Source: Spirochaetaceae bacterium
GTDB taxonomy: Bacteria > Spirochaetota > Spirochaetia > DSM-2461
Length of the DNA stretch: 64,000 nt
Direction of reading: 5' to 3'
Assembly (NCBI GenBank): GCA_965224705.1
Contig: OZ245056.1
Location: 2,400,001-2,464,000 of the forward strand
The position numbers were made by a program, and so were the translations under genes. A model generated the notes under the pieces. The model was not told the origin of the DNA and made no database searches. It saw only the letters and a list, made by a program, of their open reading frames with translations. This document shows, in pieces, positions 1 to 9,409 of this stretch (position 1 is the first letter of the stretch; each line of letters starts with the position of its first letter).

Positions 1-378
1 AAAACTTCCTGGAAGAAGAAAACAGATGACAGCCATCAATCCCCTGCAGCGGAACTCATTAAACTGTGTCCAGCGTACACGGTCAGGTTCAATTAACTCA
101 AAGCGGTTGACAGTCCGGTTCCACACCCCTTTTGCCTCATAGGTGAATGTCATTGTATCTGGAAGAGAACGTTCCTGCAAGGTTTCAATCATTTCCAGAC
201 GTTTCCCATTCATGTCGTAAATAAGGCGCATTCTGGCTCCCGGAGACTTACGATCTTCATCAAGAAATTCGTAACTCAACAGACCCGGCTGCCAGTTTTT
301 CATGCCCTCAGGGTCTTCCAGAATCTCAAGGAAGCGATCTCTGCTCATATTTATTTCTATGGATGTTTGATACTTCAT
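1..378 (-). CDS. SRPBCC/START-like family protein (3' end runs off the window)
   Basis: Not in the ORF track. Manual translation from ATG 378 gives MKYQTSIEINMSRDRFLEILEDPEGMKNWQPGLLSYE...GARMRLIYDMNGKRLEMIETL..., open to position 1. GGAGG RBS upstream. Confidence 0.75.
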   Translation of the reverse strand, partial: MKYQTSIEINMSRDRFLEILEDPEGMKNWQPGLLSYEFLDEDRKSPGARMRLIYDMNGKRLEMIETLQERSLPDTMTFTYEAKGVWNRTVNRFELIEPDRVRWTQFNEFRCRGLMAVICFLLPGSF

Positions 379-461
379 ACATACCTCCGATACATGGTTT
401 TAGAGATATATTAAACGATTGGATTCAATTTGTCCTGTCCGTATCAGTGTCTTCTTCCCCG

Positions 462-529
462 GTGTCAGAAAGCCTGTTAATGCAATAAAAAAACCATGTC
501 AAACTCATATCACACAGGCTTTCTGACAC
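462..529. repeat. Perfect 16-bp inverted repeat with a 36-bp spacer
   Basis: GTGTCAGAAAGCCTGT (462-477) pairs with ACAGGCTTTCTGACAC (514-529). TATCAGTGTC (442-451) also matches GACACTGATA (525-534). Confidence 0.85.
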
Positions 530-630
530 TGATATTGTTTGCAAACACGACCCATTATATAAATCCACTAATCACCTGTATAGTTGTTTCCTGTTTATTG
601 AAATTTTTTGATGAATTTATCGATATCACC

Positions 631-660
631 TTGACGTATCATGTTTGCGGAATATACTAT
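631..660 (+). promoter_or_regulatory. Putative sigma70 promoter of the dcw operon
   Basis: TTGACG (631-636), 16 nt, TATACT (653-658); alternatively TACTAT at an 18-nt spacing. Directly upstream of mraZ. Confidence 0.6.
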
Positions 661-664
661 CTGA

Positions 665-711
665 TGTGTAAAAAAGTATTCAGATGTGGTGAATTAATTG
701 ATCTTTGTGGG
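665..711 (+). promoter_or_regulatory. Possible MraZ operator (GTGG-type direct repeats)
   Basis: TGTGTA 665, TGTGGT 685 and TGTGGG 706, spaced about 20-21 nt apart between the promoter and mraZ. MraZ is known to bind GTGG-type repeats with ~10-nt periodicity. The match is degenerate. Confidence 0.4.
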
Positions 712-719
712 GAGTGATC

Positions 720-1190
720 TTGATACTTCAAGGCCAATACAGTGTGATTATTGATGACAAAGGCCGAATGCTGCTGCCAGCCAAATTACGGCAGCAGATC
801 CCCGGCGAAACTCTTATACTCACAAAGGGGATTCAGAAATGCCTCTGGCTTTTTCTTCCTGGGAAATGGAAGAAAATTTCTCAGGAGATTTTGAGTCAGG
901 CATCAGTTTTTTCTCTGCGCAATCAAGATGTCATGCGCCGTATTGTTGCTCCTGCGGAGGAGATTTCGATAGATAAAACCGGACGGGTAAAATTGTCGTT
1001 ATCCCTCATGAGGGCTATCGGAATTTCAAAGGCATGCTATGTCATGGGAATGGATGAGCAGTTGGAAATATGGGATGAAACAGCTCTTAATCAGTATGAA
1101 TTGGACAAGGCTGGCGAGGTAGAACAGGTCTGGGAGGACTTCGGCATTATGGATGAGACAGAAAAAAATGAGTGTGATTCCAATTCATAA
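720..1190 (+). CDS. mraZ: Division/cell-wall cluster transcriptional repressor MraZ
   Basis: Two DxKGR-type motifs (IDDKGR, IDKTGR); first gene before rsmH. Start TTG 720 chosen from the GGGGAG RBS (track start 705). Confidence 0.93.
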   Translation: MILQGQYSVIIDDKGRMLLPAKLRQQIPGETLILTKGIQKCLWLFLPGKWKKISQEILSQASVFSLRNQDVMRRIVAPAEEISIDKTGRVKLSLSLMRAIGISKACYVMGMDEQLEIWDETALNQYELDKAGEVEQVWEDFGIMDETEKNECDSNS

Positions 1191-2082
1191 ACCAGTTATG
1201 TCTGAGGAGGTACTCAGGCATCTCGTCCCCAGCTGCAGGAATGTCTGCATCATTGATGCCACCCTTGGAGAGGGTGGTCATGCGTCAATGTTTCTTGAGG
1301 CGTATCCAGAATCGAAGGTTGTTGGTATTGATGCTGATCCAATCATGGTTGAAAGGGCTTCCATGCGATTATCATCATATTCTCCTGATCGGTTTGAGGG
1401 CAGGGTGGGGTGGAATGATGATGTACTGGCTGACTGGAAAGGCCCTGCACCCGGCATCGTTCTGGTGGATCTGGGGGTTTCTTATTATCACTATAAGAAA
1501 AGAGGGAAGGGATTTGCGTTCACTTCATCAGAGCCCCTGGATATGCGTCTCGATGACAGTGCTGAAGTTTCGGCATCAGATCTTGTCAATAAGCTTGGAG
1601 AAGATGATCTGGCCAATCTCATCTTCAAGTATGGGGAAGAGCGTTACAGCCGTCGAATTGCCAGACGGATTGTTGCCAGACGTCAGCAGAAAAAAATAGT
1701 AGAGTCCTCTGATTTAGCAAACATTGTTTATTCTGCTGTGCCTTCCAATTACAGATACGGTCGGCTTCATCCAGCTACAAAGACATTTCAAGCTCTTCGC
1801 ATTGCTGTTAATCATGAGTTGGACAGATTAGCCCGCATTCTGGATATGGTACCTGGAATGCTTGCCTCAAAGGGGAAACTGGGTGTAATCAGCTTTCATT
1901 CCCTGGAAGATCGGATGGTTAAGCAGACCTTTCGCAGCAGAGATGTGAAATACGGTGGGGATTGTACTGTTTATACGAAGAAACCGGTCGTTCCTTCTGA
2001 GAGTGAATGTCTGGAGAATCCTTCATCAAGGAGTGCGAAGTTCAGAGTTCTGGGCAGACCTGAAGTTGGAGGGAGTCAATGA
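1168..2082 (+). CDS. rsmH: 16S rRNA m4C1402 methyltransferase RsmH (MraW)
   Basis: HKPVM, DATLGEGGHA, DLGVS, PLDMR, HPATKTFQALRIAVN, ISFHSLEDR, NPSSRSAK motifs. Confidence 0.97.
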   Translation: MSVIPIHKPVMSEEVLRHLVPSCRNVCIIDATLGEGGHASMFLEAYPESKVVGIDADPIMVERASMRLSSYSPDRFEGRVGWNDDVLADWKGPAPGIVLVDLGVSYYHYKKRGKGFAFTSSEPLDMRLDDSAEVSASDLVNKLGEDDLANLIFKYGEERYSRRIARRIVARRQQKKIVESSDLANIVYSAVPSNYRYGRLHPATKTFQALRIAVNHELDRLARILDMVPGMLASKGKLGVISFHSLEDRMVKQTFRSRDVKYGGDCTVYTKKPVVPSESECLENPSSRSAKFRVLGRPEVGGSQ

Positions 2083-2369
2083 AACATGTTCTCGCTGCAC
2101 TGATCTTAGTGAGTATTCCGGCATTGTTGATGATGAAGGCATTGCAGTCCTATCGTTATACGGTTGCCCTTGAAGAAATAGGGGTTTATGAGGGTGCACA
2201 GGAAGAGTTGTTGGAGGAGAATAAACGATTACTGGCAGGAATAGCTGTATTCAGTGCGCCGGAAAGAGTGCATACCCTGGGGAAAGGTCCTCTGGAGCTT
2301 AATCCAGCTGATCATGAAAATGTGCTGCAGGTACAATTGCCTGAATCAATCGGAGAAAGCAGTGAATGA
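2079..2369 (+). CDS. ftsL: Cell division protein FtsL
   Basis: Small TM plus coiled-coil protein directly after rsmH (ATGA overlap). Called mainly from position. Confidence 0.75.
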   Translation: MKHVLAALILVSIPALLMMKALQSYRYTVALEEIGVYEGAQEELLEENKRLLAGIAVFSAPERVHTLGKGPLELNPADHENVLQVQLPESIGESSE

Positions 2370-3729
2370 ATTGCTGGATATGTTCAATGCCTCCATGCTT
2401 GCAGAGTTGACCGATGGTGAATTGCTGGGGAATCCTGATGCCGGGATTTGTCGAGCGAGAGCTGATTCTCGAATCTGCCAGACAGGTGATCTTTTTGTTG
2501 CGCTGCCAGGAAGAACGCAGGATGGCAGTCAGTTTGTCTTATCAGCATGGGAAGAGGGAGCAGAAGCTGCTCTTGTATCGAAAAGTCGAGATCTGCCTGC
2601 ACCGCCGCCGGGTAAATCATTGGTTATAGTTGATGATGCCCGGACAGCTCTTCTGAAAGCAGCCAGGGCTCGAAGAGAAGCGGCAAAGAATCTCAGGGTT
2701 GTCGGTATCACAGGGAGTAATGGGAAGACAACGACGAAGGATATCCTTGCAGCCATCATGGAGGCATGGAAGGGTTCTTCTGTTTTACACACCCAGGGTA
2801 ATTATAACTCGGATATTGGTCTTCCTCTTACTCTTTTTGATCTCCGGTCAAGACATGAATTTGCGGTTCTGGAAATGGGGATGAATCGCATTGGAGAGAT
2901 TGCACTTCTTGCGGATATTGCCCGGCCGGAAGTCGGGATTATAACAAATATCGGCCTGGCTCATGTCGGGGAAATTGGCTCTCTTGAATCTATTGCCAGT
3001 GAAAAAAAGGCAATTTTTAATTCATCCTCCTCCGTGGCTGTTGTTTCCGCAAATGAACCCTGGCGGGATTTTCTTGTTGGGAATTTTCCGGGTGAAGTGA
3101 GACTGTTTGGAAAGTGGGGGGAAAAAAACTGGATTGATTTTAAGGATGATGGAATTAAAGGGTATCGCATAAGACGGGGGAGGGGGGAGGTAAAATACCC
3201 TCTGGCCGGCAGGCATAATCTCCTTAATGCCATGGCGGCAGTGGAGGCCGCTCTTGCCCTTGGTGTGCCGGAATCTGCGATCGCATCCGGTTTGGAATCT
3301 GTAAAGCCGGCGGACAGCCGGTGTGAAATAATTGAAGGTAAATACACTGTTGTACGAGATTGTTACAATGCGAATCCTGAATCGCTGAATGCGGCACTTG
3401 AGTTCTTCAGGGGATTGAAATTGACTGGACGCCGCATTGTTATTTTAGGTGAGTTATTAGAATTAGGGAATGAAACCATACCAGCACTGAAGGTCGCTGG
3501 CAAAACTGTCGCCAGGATTGAACCCGAAGCAGTTTTTCTTTACGGGGATACTTCAATTTCAATAGAAGAATCTTTACTGGCCAGCGGCTATCAAGGTTCT
3601 CTACGGCGATATACAAATATGGGACAATTGAAATCAGATCTTCTCGGGTATAAAAAACCTGGGGATATTGTATTGATAAAAGGATCTCATGGGAATGCTC
3701 TTGAGCGTTTGTATGATGTTTTTGCATAA
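2362..3729 (+). CDS. murF: UDP-MurNAc-tripeptide:D-Ala-D-Ala ligase MurF
   Basis: DSR..GDLFVAL, GITGSNGKTTTKD, GNYNSDIGLP, EMGMN, DCYNANPES, KGS. Likely start GTG 2362 (track start 2254). Confidence 0.95.
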   Translation: MNELLDMFNASMLAELTDGELLGNPDAGICRARADSRICQTGDLFVALPGRTQDGSQFVLSAWEEGAEAALVSKSRDLPAPPPGKSLVIVDDARTALLKAARARREAAKNLRVVGITGSNGKTTTKDILAAIMEAWKGSSVLHTQGNYNSDIGLPLTLFDLRSRHEFAVLEMGMNRIGEIALLADIARPEVGIITNIGLAHVGEIGSLESIASEKKAIFNSSSSVAVVSANEPWRDFLVGNFPGEVRLFGKWGEKNWIDFKDDGIKGYRIRRGRGEVKYPLAGRHNLLNAMAAVEAALALGVPESAIASGLESVKPADSRCEIIEGKYTVVRDCYNANPESLNAALEFFRGLKLTGRRIVILGELLELGNETIPALKVAGKTVARIEPEAVFLYGDTSISIEESLLASGYQGSLRRYTNMGQLKSDLLGYKKPGDIVLIKGSHGNALERLYDVFA

Positions 3730-3734
3730 TATTA

Positions 3735-3764
3735 TTGACAAAGTTTTTGTTAATGAAGTATGAA
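3735..3764 (+). promoter_or_regulatory. Possible internal sigma70 promoter upstream of mraY
   Basis: Perfect TTGACA at 3735-3740 in an AT-rich intergenic gap; the -10 is weak (TATGAA 3759-3764). Confidence 0.4.
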
Positions 3765-3808
3765 TAAATAATCCAACTGGAATTCATTACGCCGTTTAGG
3801 GAGGGGTG

Positions 3809-4888
3809 ATGGTCAAGGCTCTGTTTTATCCATTGGTGGATATTGCCAATGCTTTCAATATCTTTCAATACATCAGTTTCCGTTCAGCTTATGCCGCTGT
3901 TACGGCGTTATTAACAGCCTTCCTCTTTGGCCCGAAAGTCATACAGTTTTTGATTCGATTTAAAATCGGTCAGGAAATACGGGCCGATGGACCTGAGGCC
4001 CACCTGTCCAAGGCTGGAACTCCCACGATGGGTGGGGCTCTTATCCTTCTTGCATTCTTAATTTCCGTTCTTTTATGGCAGGACTTATCATCCAGTTATA
4101 CATGGATAGTTATTCTCAGTGCTGTTGGATTCGGTCTGCTGGGTTTTGTCGACGATCTGTTGAAGATTACGAAAAAAAACTCAAATGGTCTGCGTGTTGG
4201 AGTGAAGTTTGTGGGGCAGATAATTGTATCACTTTTTGTGATGATTCTTCTCTACATCTTCAGGAATCCTGAAACAACAATGCTGTACGTCCCGTTTATT
4301 AAGAAGCCGATTCTGGATATGGGACTCCTGTACATCCCATTTGGTATCCTTATGATTGTCGGAGTCTCGAATGCGGTTAATTTGACTGATGGTCTGGACG
4401 GACTGGCAGTCGGACTTGTTGTCATCGCTCTTGTTGCTGTTGCCGGCCTTGCCTATCTTTCCGGCCATGCTGAATTCGCACGATATCTCATCATTCCATA
4501 TTTAGCAGGAGCAGGAGAATTGACAATATCGACCACCGCATTGCTCGGAGCCTGCGTGGGTTTCCTCTGGTTCAATGCGCATCCGGCTGAAATCATGATG
4601 GGAGATTTAGGAAGTCTCACTCTGGGCAGTCTTCTTGCCGTCTTTTCTTTGCTGCTGAAGAAAGAAATCTTGTTTCTTGTTATTGGAGGAGTGTTTGTTA
4701 TTGAAACCCTGTCAGTCGTCATCCAGGTCCTGTATTACAAAAAGACGAAAAAAAGAGTCTTTCTGATGAGCCCCCTCCACCATCATTGCGAACTTTCAGG
4801 CTGGAAAGAGAGCAAAGTCGTTACTCGTTTCTGGATCCTTGGGGGTCTGTTTGCCATCCTGGGATTGAGTACGCTGAAGATTCAGTGA
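3809..4888 (+). CDS. mraY: Phospho-MurNAc-pentapeptide transferase MraY
   Basis: KAGTPTMGG, GFVDD, NAVNLTDGLDGLA, MGDLGS, PLHHH motifs. Confidence 0.97.
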   Translation: MVKALFYPLVDIANAFNIFQYISFRSAYAAVTALLTAFLFGPKVIQFLIRFKIGQEIRADGPEAHLSKAGTPTMGGALILLAFLISVLLWQDLSSSYTWIVILSAVGFGLLGFVDDLLKITKKNSNGLRVGVKFVGQIIVSLFVMILLYIFRNPETTMLYVPFIKKPILDMGLLYIPFGILMIVGVSNAVNLTDGLDGLAVGLVVIALVAVAGLAYLSGHAEFARYLIIPYLAGAGELTISTTALLGACVGFLWFNAHPAEIMMGDLGSLTLGSLLAVFSLLLKKEILFLVIGGVFVIETLSVVIQVLYYKKTKKRVFLMSPLHHHCELSGWKESKVVTRFWILGGLFAILGLSTLKIQ

Positions 4889-4899
4889 GAGAGGATGTG

Positions 4900-6024
4900 A
4901 TGGGATTTGTCGTCTTCAGACCTGAAAAACTGGCAGGTGCAGAACCTGCGAAAGGAATGCCGGGCTTGCAATTTCTGCTTATAGGGATTGGTACAGCCTT
5001 CCTTTTTTCGGCCTCCTGGCATTTTGCGGATGCTGTTTTCGATGATCCTTTCAGGATCTGGAGGCGTCAGCTTGTATGGGTGTTTCTGGGTTCTATTGCC
5101 GGTGCCGCTGTCTATAGAATTCCTCTGGTTTACATAAAAAAATCTGTTCCCATTCTGGTGTGGATAGCTTTGCTTTTAAATCTCATGACCTATGTTCCGG
5201 GTGTTGGTTATCTTTCTGGTGGTGCCCGCCGCTGGATTGAGATTTATGGATTGACCTTTCAGCCTTCTGAACTTACCCGGGTGGTTTTGATTCTGTATCT
5301 TGCACGGATGTTGGCAAAAAATCGCGGTAAATTGATCAATTTTCGTGACGCCCTGCTGCCTCCTCTTCTGGTCGCTGCGGCTCTGGTGGCAACTGTATAT
5401 TTTCAGAATGATTTTTCAACAGTCGCTTTTTTGCTGGTGCTGACTCTGATGCTTTTTTTTATTGCCGGTGTTTCCGGAAATGTTATTGGAGTGCTTTCCA
5501 TCTCCGGAATTCTGGTCTCGATTGCTATGCTGGCTGCCAGACCGTATCGTCTGAGCCGCATCCTTTCGTGGTTGACACCTGAGGCTGATCCCGGCGGTTC
5601 GGGGTATCAAATCCTGAAAGCCAGAATGGCTCTGGAACGCGGGGGAGTTTGGGGCAAGGGTGTCGGTCAGGGGATCGTCAAACGCGGCGGTCTGCCATCC
5701 GCTCATTCGGATTTCGTTGTTGCCGTGGTTGGTGAGGAAACAGGATTTCTTGGTATTTCCCTGATCATGCTGCTGTTCGTCATACTGGCCATTAAAGGCT
5801 GGGCCATGGTCGCAAAAATTGATGATGACTTCTCCAGATGGGGAGGTTTTGGAATTGTAACGGCAATTTTCTGGCAGGCCCTTGTCAACTTTTCCGTCGT
5901 TTCAGGAGTATTGCCCGCTACGGGGATTCCCCTGCCATTGTTTTCTGCAGGAGGCTCGTCTGTCTTTATGACTCTCGTCTCTTTTGGATTGGTTTTTAAT
6001 CTGGCCAGGGGGAAGGCGCGATGA
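4900..6024 (+). CDS. ftsW: SEDS peptidoglycan polymerase FtsW
   Basis: GARRWI, FQPSE, GYQ..., LPSAHSDF, EETG, TGIPLPLFSAGGSS. Start ATG 4900. Confidence 0.93.
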   Translation: MGFVVFRPEKLAGAEPAKGMPGLQFLLIGIGTAFLFSASWHFADAVFDDPFRIWRRQLVWVFLGSIAGAAVYRIPLVYIKKSVPILVWIALLLNLMTYVPGVGYLSGGARRWIEIYGLTFQPSELTRVVLILYLARMLAKNRGKLINFRDALLPPLLVAAALVATVYFQNDFSTVAFLLVLTLMLFFIAGVSGNVIGVLSISGILVSIAMLAARPYRLSRILSWLTPEADPGGSGYQILKARMALERGGVWGKGVGQGIVKRGGLPSAHSDFVVAVVGEETGFLGISLIMLLFVILAIKGWAMVAKIDDDFSRWGGFGIVTAIFWQALVNFSVVSGVLPATGIPLPLFSAGGSSVFMTLVSFGLVFNLARGKAR

Positions 6025-6800
6025 ATATATCCAGGCGGGCAGGTCTGCGAATAATCTGTGTACTTAGTATCCTCATGCTCTCAGGATTGATCGCCGGGGA
6101 ATTTGTATGGGGTATATGGTCCAATCGCCGCCATGCAGGTGTCAGAACAATCACTCTTGACAGCGATCTGGGGCTTGCTGACAGTCAACTGCTGGAGATC
6201 CTTGATCTTGAGGGTGTCCGATGGAGTCGTGTGGATGCTGATGAACTGGAGGCCAGGCTTGAGTCGTATCCTGTGGTCAGAAAAGCCCGGGTACTCAAAG
6301 TATTCCCTGATTCCTTGAAAGTATTTCTTTACCGGCGGAAGCCGCTGGTCATTATGCTTTTCGCTGGAGATTCAGAATCTCAATCAGCCGTTTTTGATGA
6401 AGAAGGATACACGGTGAAATCTGGCGAGATTTCAGGAACTGAAGACTTGCCCATTATCTCTGGCCTGATCTTTGAGCGTCCGAAGCTGGGAGACCGGTTC
6501 CCGGAAACGGTGCAGAGAGTGCTGTTCGATTTATCCAGGCTGAGAAAGGATGATCCAGAACTGTTTTCCCTGCTGTCTGAGGTTGAAATCCTTCCTCTTG
6601 AAAGCGGAGGTTATTATCTCAAATTGTTTATGAATCACATCAGAATTCCCGTGTTGGCAGGCAGAAATCTCACCTCAGAGAGTTTAAACAAGACAGTATT
6701 GGTCCTCGACGTGTTATCGTCAGGAACCGTGGGGCAAAAAATTGAAGAGGTCGATATCCGGGGGGGAAGCGTGGTTTTTCGAAACGCAGGGGAAATTTGA
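6021..6800 (+). CDS. ftsQ: Cell division protein FtsQ/DivIB
   Basis: N-terminal TM, POTRA-like segment (LESYPVVRKARVLKVFPDSL), position between ftsW and ftsA. Confidence 0.85.
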   Translation: MNISRRAGLRIICVLSILMLSGLIAGEFVWGIWSNRRHAGVRTITLDSDLGLADSQLLEILDLEGVRWSRVDADELEARLESYPVVRKARVLKVFPDSLKVFLYRRKPLVIMLFAGDSESQSAVFDEEGYTVKSGEISGTEDLPIISGLIFERPKLGDRFPETVQRVLFDLSRLRKDDPELFSLLSEVEILPLESGGYYLKLFMNHIRIPVLAGRNLTSESLNKTVLVLDVLSSGTVGQKIEEVDIRGGSVVFRNAGEI

Positions 6801-8032
6801 TGGACGGTCAGGTTATTGCCGGGTTGGATGCAGGGAATGATACAGTTCGAGTTCTTATAGGAGAACTGTTCCCTGATGGTGAGATTGTTTTCTCTGGTTG
6901 GGGATCCTGTCCTGCCAGAGGTTTATTGAATGGCTTCATCGTCAATATAGTGGATTTCCAGGAATGCACTGAAAAAGCTGTTGAGCATGCGGAGCAGAAG
7001 GCTGGGAGAGAAGTGGAAGACCTGCTGGTTTCCTTTGGGGGGATACCCACCTACAGTTTCAATTCAAAAGGTGTTGTGAAAGTCTCGGGGAAGAACAGCG
7101 AAGTTGGACAGCCGGATATTGACAATGTTCTTGAATCAGCGAGTGCTGTCTCTCTGCCTGTGGAACAGAGTATTCTCCACATCCTTCCACAGGATTACAT
7201 CCTGGATTACCAGCCTGGTATCCACGACCCAAGGAATATGAATGGTGTCAGACTTGAGTGCAACGTCCATATAACTACGGTGCAGTCTTCATACATTGGG
7301 AATATGGAAAGAGCATTCGAACGGTCAGGGTACAGGATTCGGGATAAGTTTCTGGGTTCCTGGGCATCGTCAAACGCAGTGCTCAGTAGAGATGAAAAGA
7401 ATGCGGGAGTTCTGCTGATTGATGTCGGATCACTGGTCACTGATTTCATGCTCATCCGGGATGGGATGCCCGGATTTTCGGGTTCAATCAATATCGGCGG
7501 TAAACTTGCAACTCATGACCTTGCCACAATACTGCATGTTTCAATGGAAACAGCGGAGACTCTCAAGAATGAGTATTCAAGTTCCTGGCCGGCTTTTGCG
7601 GATCAGGATAGAACAATTCCGATAAAGGGTGCGATCGGACAGGGTCCTTCCTCGGTTCAAACGTCAAGTCTTGCCAGCATACTGGAGGCTCGAATGGAGG
7701 ACCTGTTCAAATCAATAAAAAAAGAAGTTGATAAATTGCAGGGTGGGCAGTTGATTGGTGGTGGATTGGTTTTAACAGGCGGAGGGTCATTGCTGCGGGG
7801 TATGACAGAATTGGCCCAGAAGGTGTTTTCAAAACCTGTGAGGGTGGGTGGAGCTAAGTCTGTTTTGAATCTGCCAGAAGAGTGCTGTGATCCGCGGTGG
7901 GCTACAGCGGCCGGACTGGTGCAGTTGGGGGCTGAATCTTTTTTCGTCGGAAAGAGTGGGAGATCAAAAGGTTCAGCTGTTTCACAAAGTTTTCTGAGCA
8001 GTATCTCTGATTGGCTGCGGCGTTTTTTTTAA
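6800..8032 (+). CDS. ftsA: Cell division protein FtsA
   Basis: Actin-like motifs GLDAG, LIDVGS, LVLTGGGSLL, ATAAGL; C-terminal amphipathic helix ending WLRRFF. Confidence 0.95.
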   Translation: MDGQVIAGLDAGNDTVRVLIGELFPDGEIVFSGWGSCPARGLLNGFIVNIVDFQECTEKAVEHAEQKAGREVEDLLVSFGGIPTYSFNSKGVVKVSGKNSEVGQPDIDNVLESASAVSLPVEQSILHILPQDYILDYQPGIHDPRNMNGVRLECNVHITTVQSSYIGNMERAFERSGYRIRDKFLGSWASSNAVLSRDEKNAGVLLIDVGSLVTDFMLIRDGMPGFSGSINIGGKLATHDLATILHVSMETAETLKNEYSSSWPAFADQDRTIPIKGAIGQGPSSVQTSSLASILEARMEDLFKSIKKEVDKLQGGQLIGGGLVLTGGGSLLRGMTELAQKVFSKPVRVGGAKSVLNLPEECCDPRWATAAGLVQLGAESFFVGKSGRSKGSAVSQSFLSSISDWLRRFF

Positions 8033-8042
8033 GGGAGGGAGA

Positions 8043-8192
8043 ATGTATTTAAAAACAATCGACATGTTGTTTATTGGAAGAACTGCATCAGGGCTCTTGT
8101 GTGCAGTCATGGCGGAAAAAGATGCGGATGACCGTATGATGATGAGATTTGGAGTGAAACGTGTGAATTTCTGGGGGGGAAAATGGATTTAG
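8043..8192 (+). CDS. Putative 49-aa small protein between ftsA and ftsZ
   Basis: Strong RBS (AAGGGAGGGAG) before ATG 8043; MYLKTIDMLFIGRTASGLLCAVMAEKDADDRMMMRFGVKRVNFWGGKWI*; its stop overlaps the ftsZ start. No recognisable motif. Confidence 0.4.
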   Translation: MYLKTIDMLFIGRTASGLLCAVMAEKDADDRMMMRFGVKRVNFWGGKWI

Positions 8193-9409
8193 AAGTAACG
8201 GATGATTTGTTGTTTGGACATGCTGTAATAAAAGTCGTTGGATGCGGCGGTGCTGGAAATAATGCTGTTGATCGAATGATAACGTCTGGTCTGGGGAATG
8301 TGAGTTACATCGCTGTGAATACAGATTTTCAGGCTCTCGACAAATCAAAGGCTCCCACCAAGATCCTGTTGGGCCGCAAGGTTACCGGGGGATTGGGGGC
8401 TGGTAATGACCCCGCTGTAGGTGAGAAGGCAGCTGAGGAGGAAGTGGAAACAATTAAGGAACATCTCAAAGGGGCTGATATGGTGTTCCTCACAGCAGGA
8501 ATGGGGGGAGGAACTGGTACGGGAGCAACTCCGGTTGTCGCTCGAACAGCCATGGAATTGGGTTGTCTGACTGTCGCTATCGTAACAATGCCTTTTGTTC
8601 ATGAGGGGAAACAAAAAATGATCCGGGCCGAATCAGGAATTGAGAAACTGAATCACCATGTCGACACTTTGATAAAAATGTCCAATCAGAATCTCATTGA
8701 CAATGGTCATGGTCAGTTAAATATAAGCGAATCCTTCCGTAAAATCGATGAAATTCTGCATCTGGCCGTACAGGGGATAACAGATCTGGTAACGAAGAGG
8801 GGATTGATGAATATCGATTTTGCAGATCTCAAGTCTACAATGAAGGGGCAGGGTGCTTCTCTGATGTGTATCGGCCGGGGAAAAGGCAGTAACCGGTTTG
8901 TTCAAGCCGCCAGAGCAGCCATTACCCATCCTATGTTTGATGGTGTGAAAATTGACGGGGCAAAAAATATTCTGGTTAACATTCGAAGCACCACGGACAT
9001 TTCGGCAAATGCATTGAATGAAACAATGGCCATAATCACCGAAAAGGCGGATCCTGATGTTAACTTCAAACATGGATTGATTCTTGATGAAGATCTCGAG
9101 GATGAAGTGATGATAACTGTAATCGCTACTGGTTTGAGTGATCAAAAAACCGACGAAACGGTGGAGAAGGAACCCGTCCCTAACAGGACGTTGATTCCAC
9201 CTGACACAAACAGCAATCGTAAAGGAAATGAACTTTCATACCACCAGTGGAATGCCGTGTTCAATAAGCGAGGTTTAAGAACAGGTTTACCAACCTCAAA
9301 CTCTCTGGAAACTTCACCGAACCATGGAGACGGCGATAAAAAAGACAGCGGTGAGGACATGCTTATTCCTTCTTTGTATCGCAGGCATAAACCAGAGAAT
9401 AATGAGTAA
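8183..9409 (+). CDS. ftsZ: Cell division protein FtsZ
   Basis: GCGGAGNNAV, NTD, GGGTGTG tubulin signature, NIDFAD, C-terminal IPSLYR core peptide. Confidence 0.98.
   Translation: MDLEVTDDLLFGHAVIKVVGCGGAGNNAVDRMITSGLGNVSYIAVNTDFQALDKSKAPTKILLGRKVTGGLGAGNDPAVGEKAAEEEVETIKEHLKGADMVFLTAGMGGGTGTGATPVVARTAMELGCLTVAIVTMPFVHEGKQKMIRAESGIEKLNHHVDTLIKMSNQNLIDNGHGQLNISESFRKIDEILHLAVQGITDLVTKRGLMNIDFADLKSTMKGQGASLMCIGRGKGSNRFVQAARAAITHPMFDGVKIDGAKNILVNIRSTTDISANALNETMAIITEKADPDVNFKHGLILDEDLEDEVMITVIATGLSDQKTDETVEKEPVPNRTLIPPDTNSNRKGNELSYHQWNAVFNKRGLRTGLPTSNSLETSPNHGDGDKKDSGEDMLIPSLYRRHKPENNE

Noticed and set aside
496..717. 73-aa ORF upstream of mraZ
   Set aside because: It has no RBS, spans the inverted repeat and the dcw promoter, and has no recognisable motif; probably spurious.
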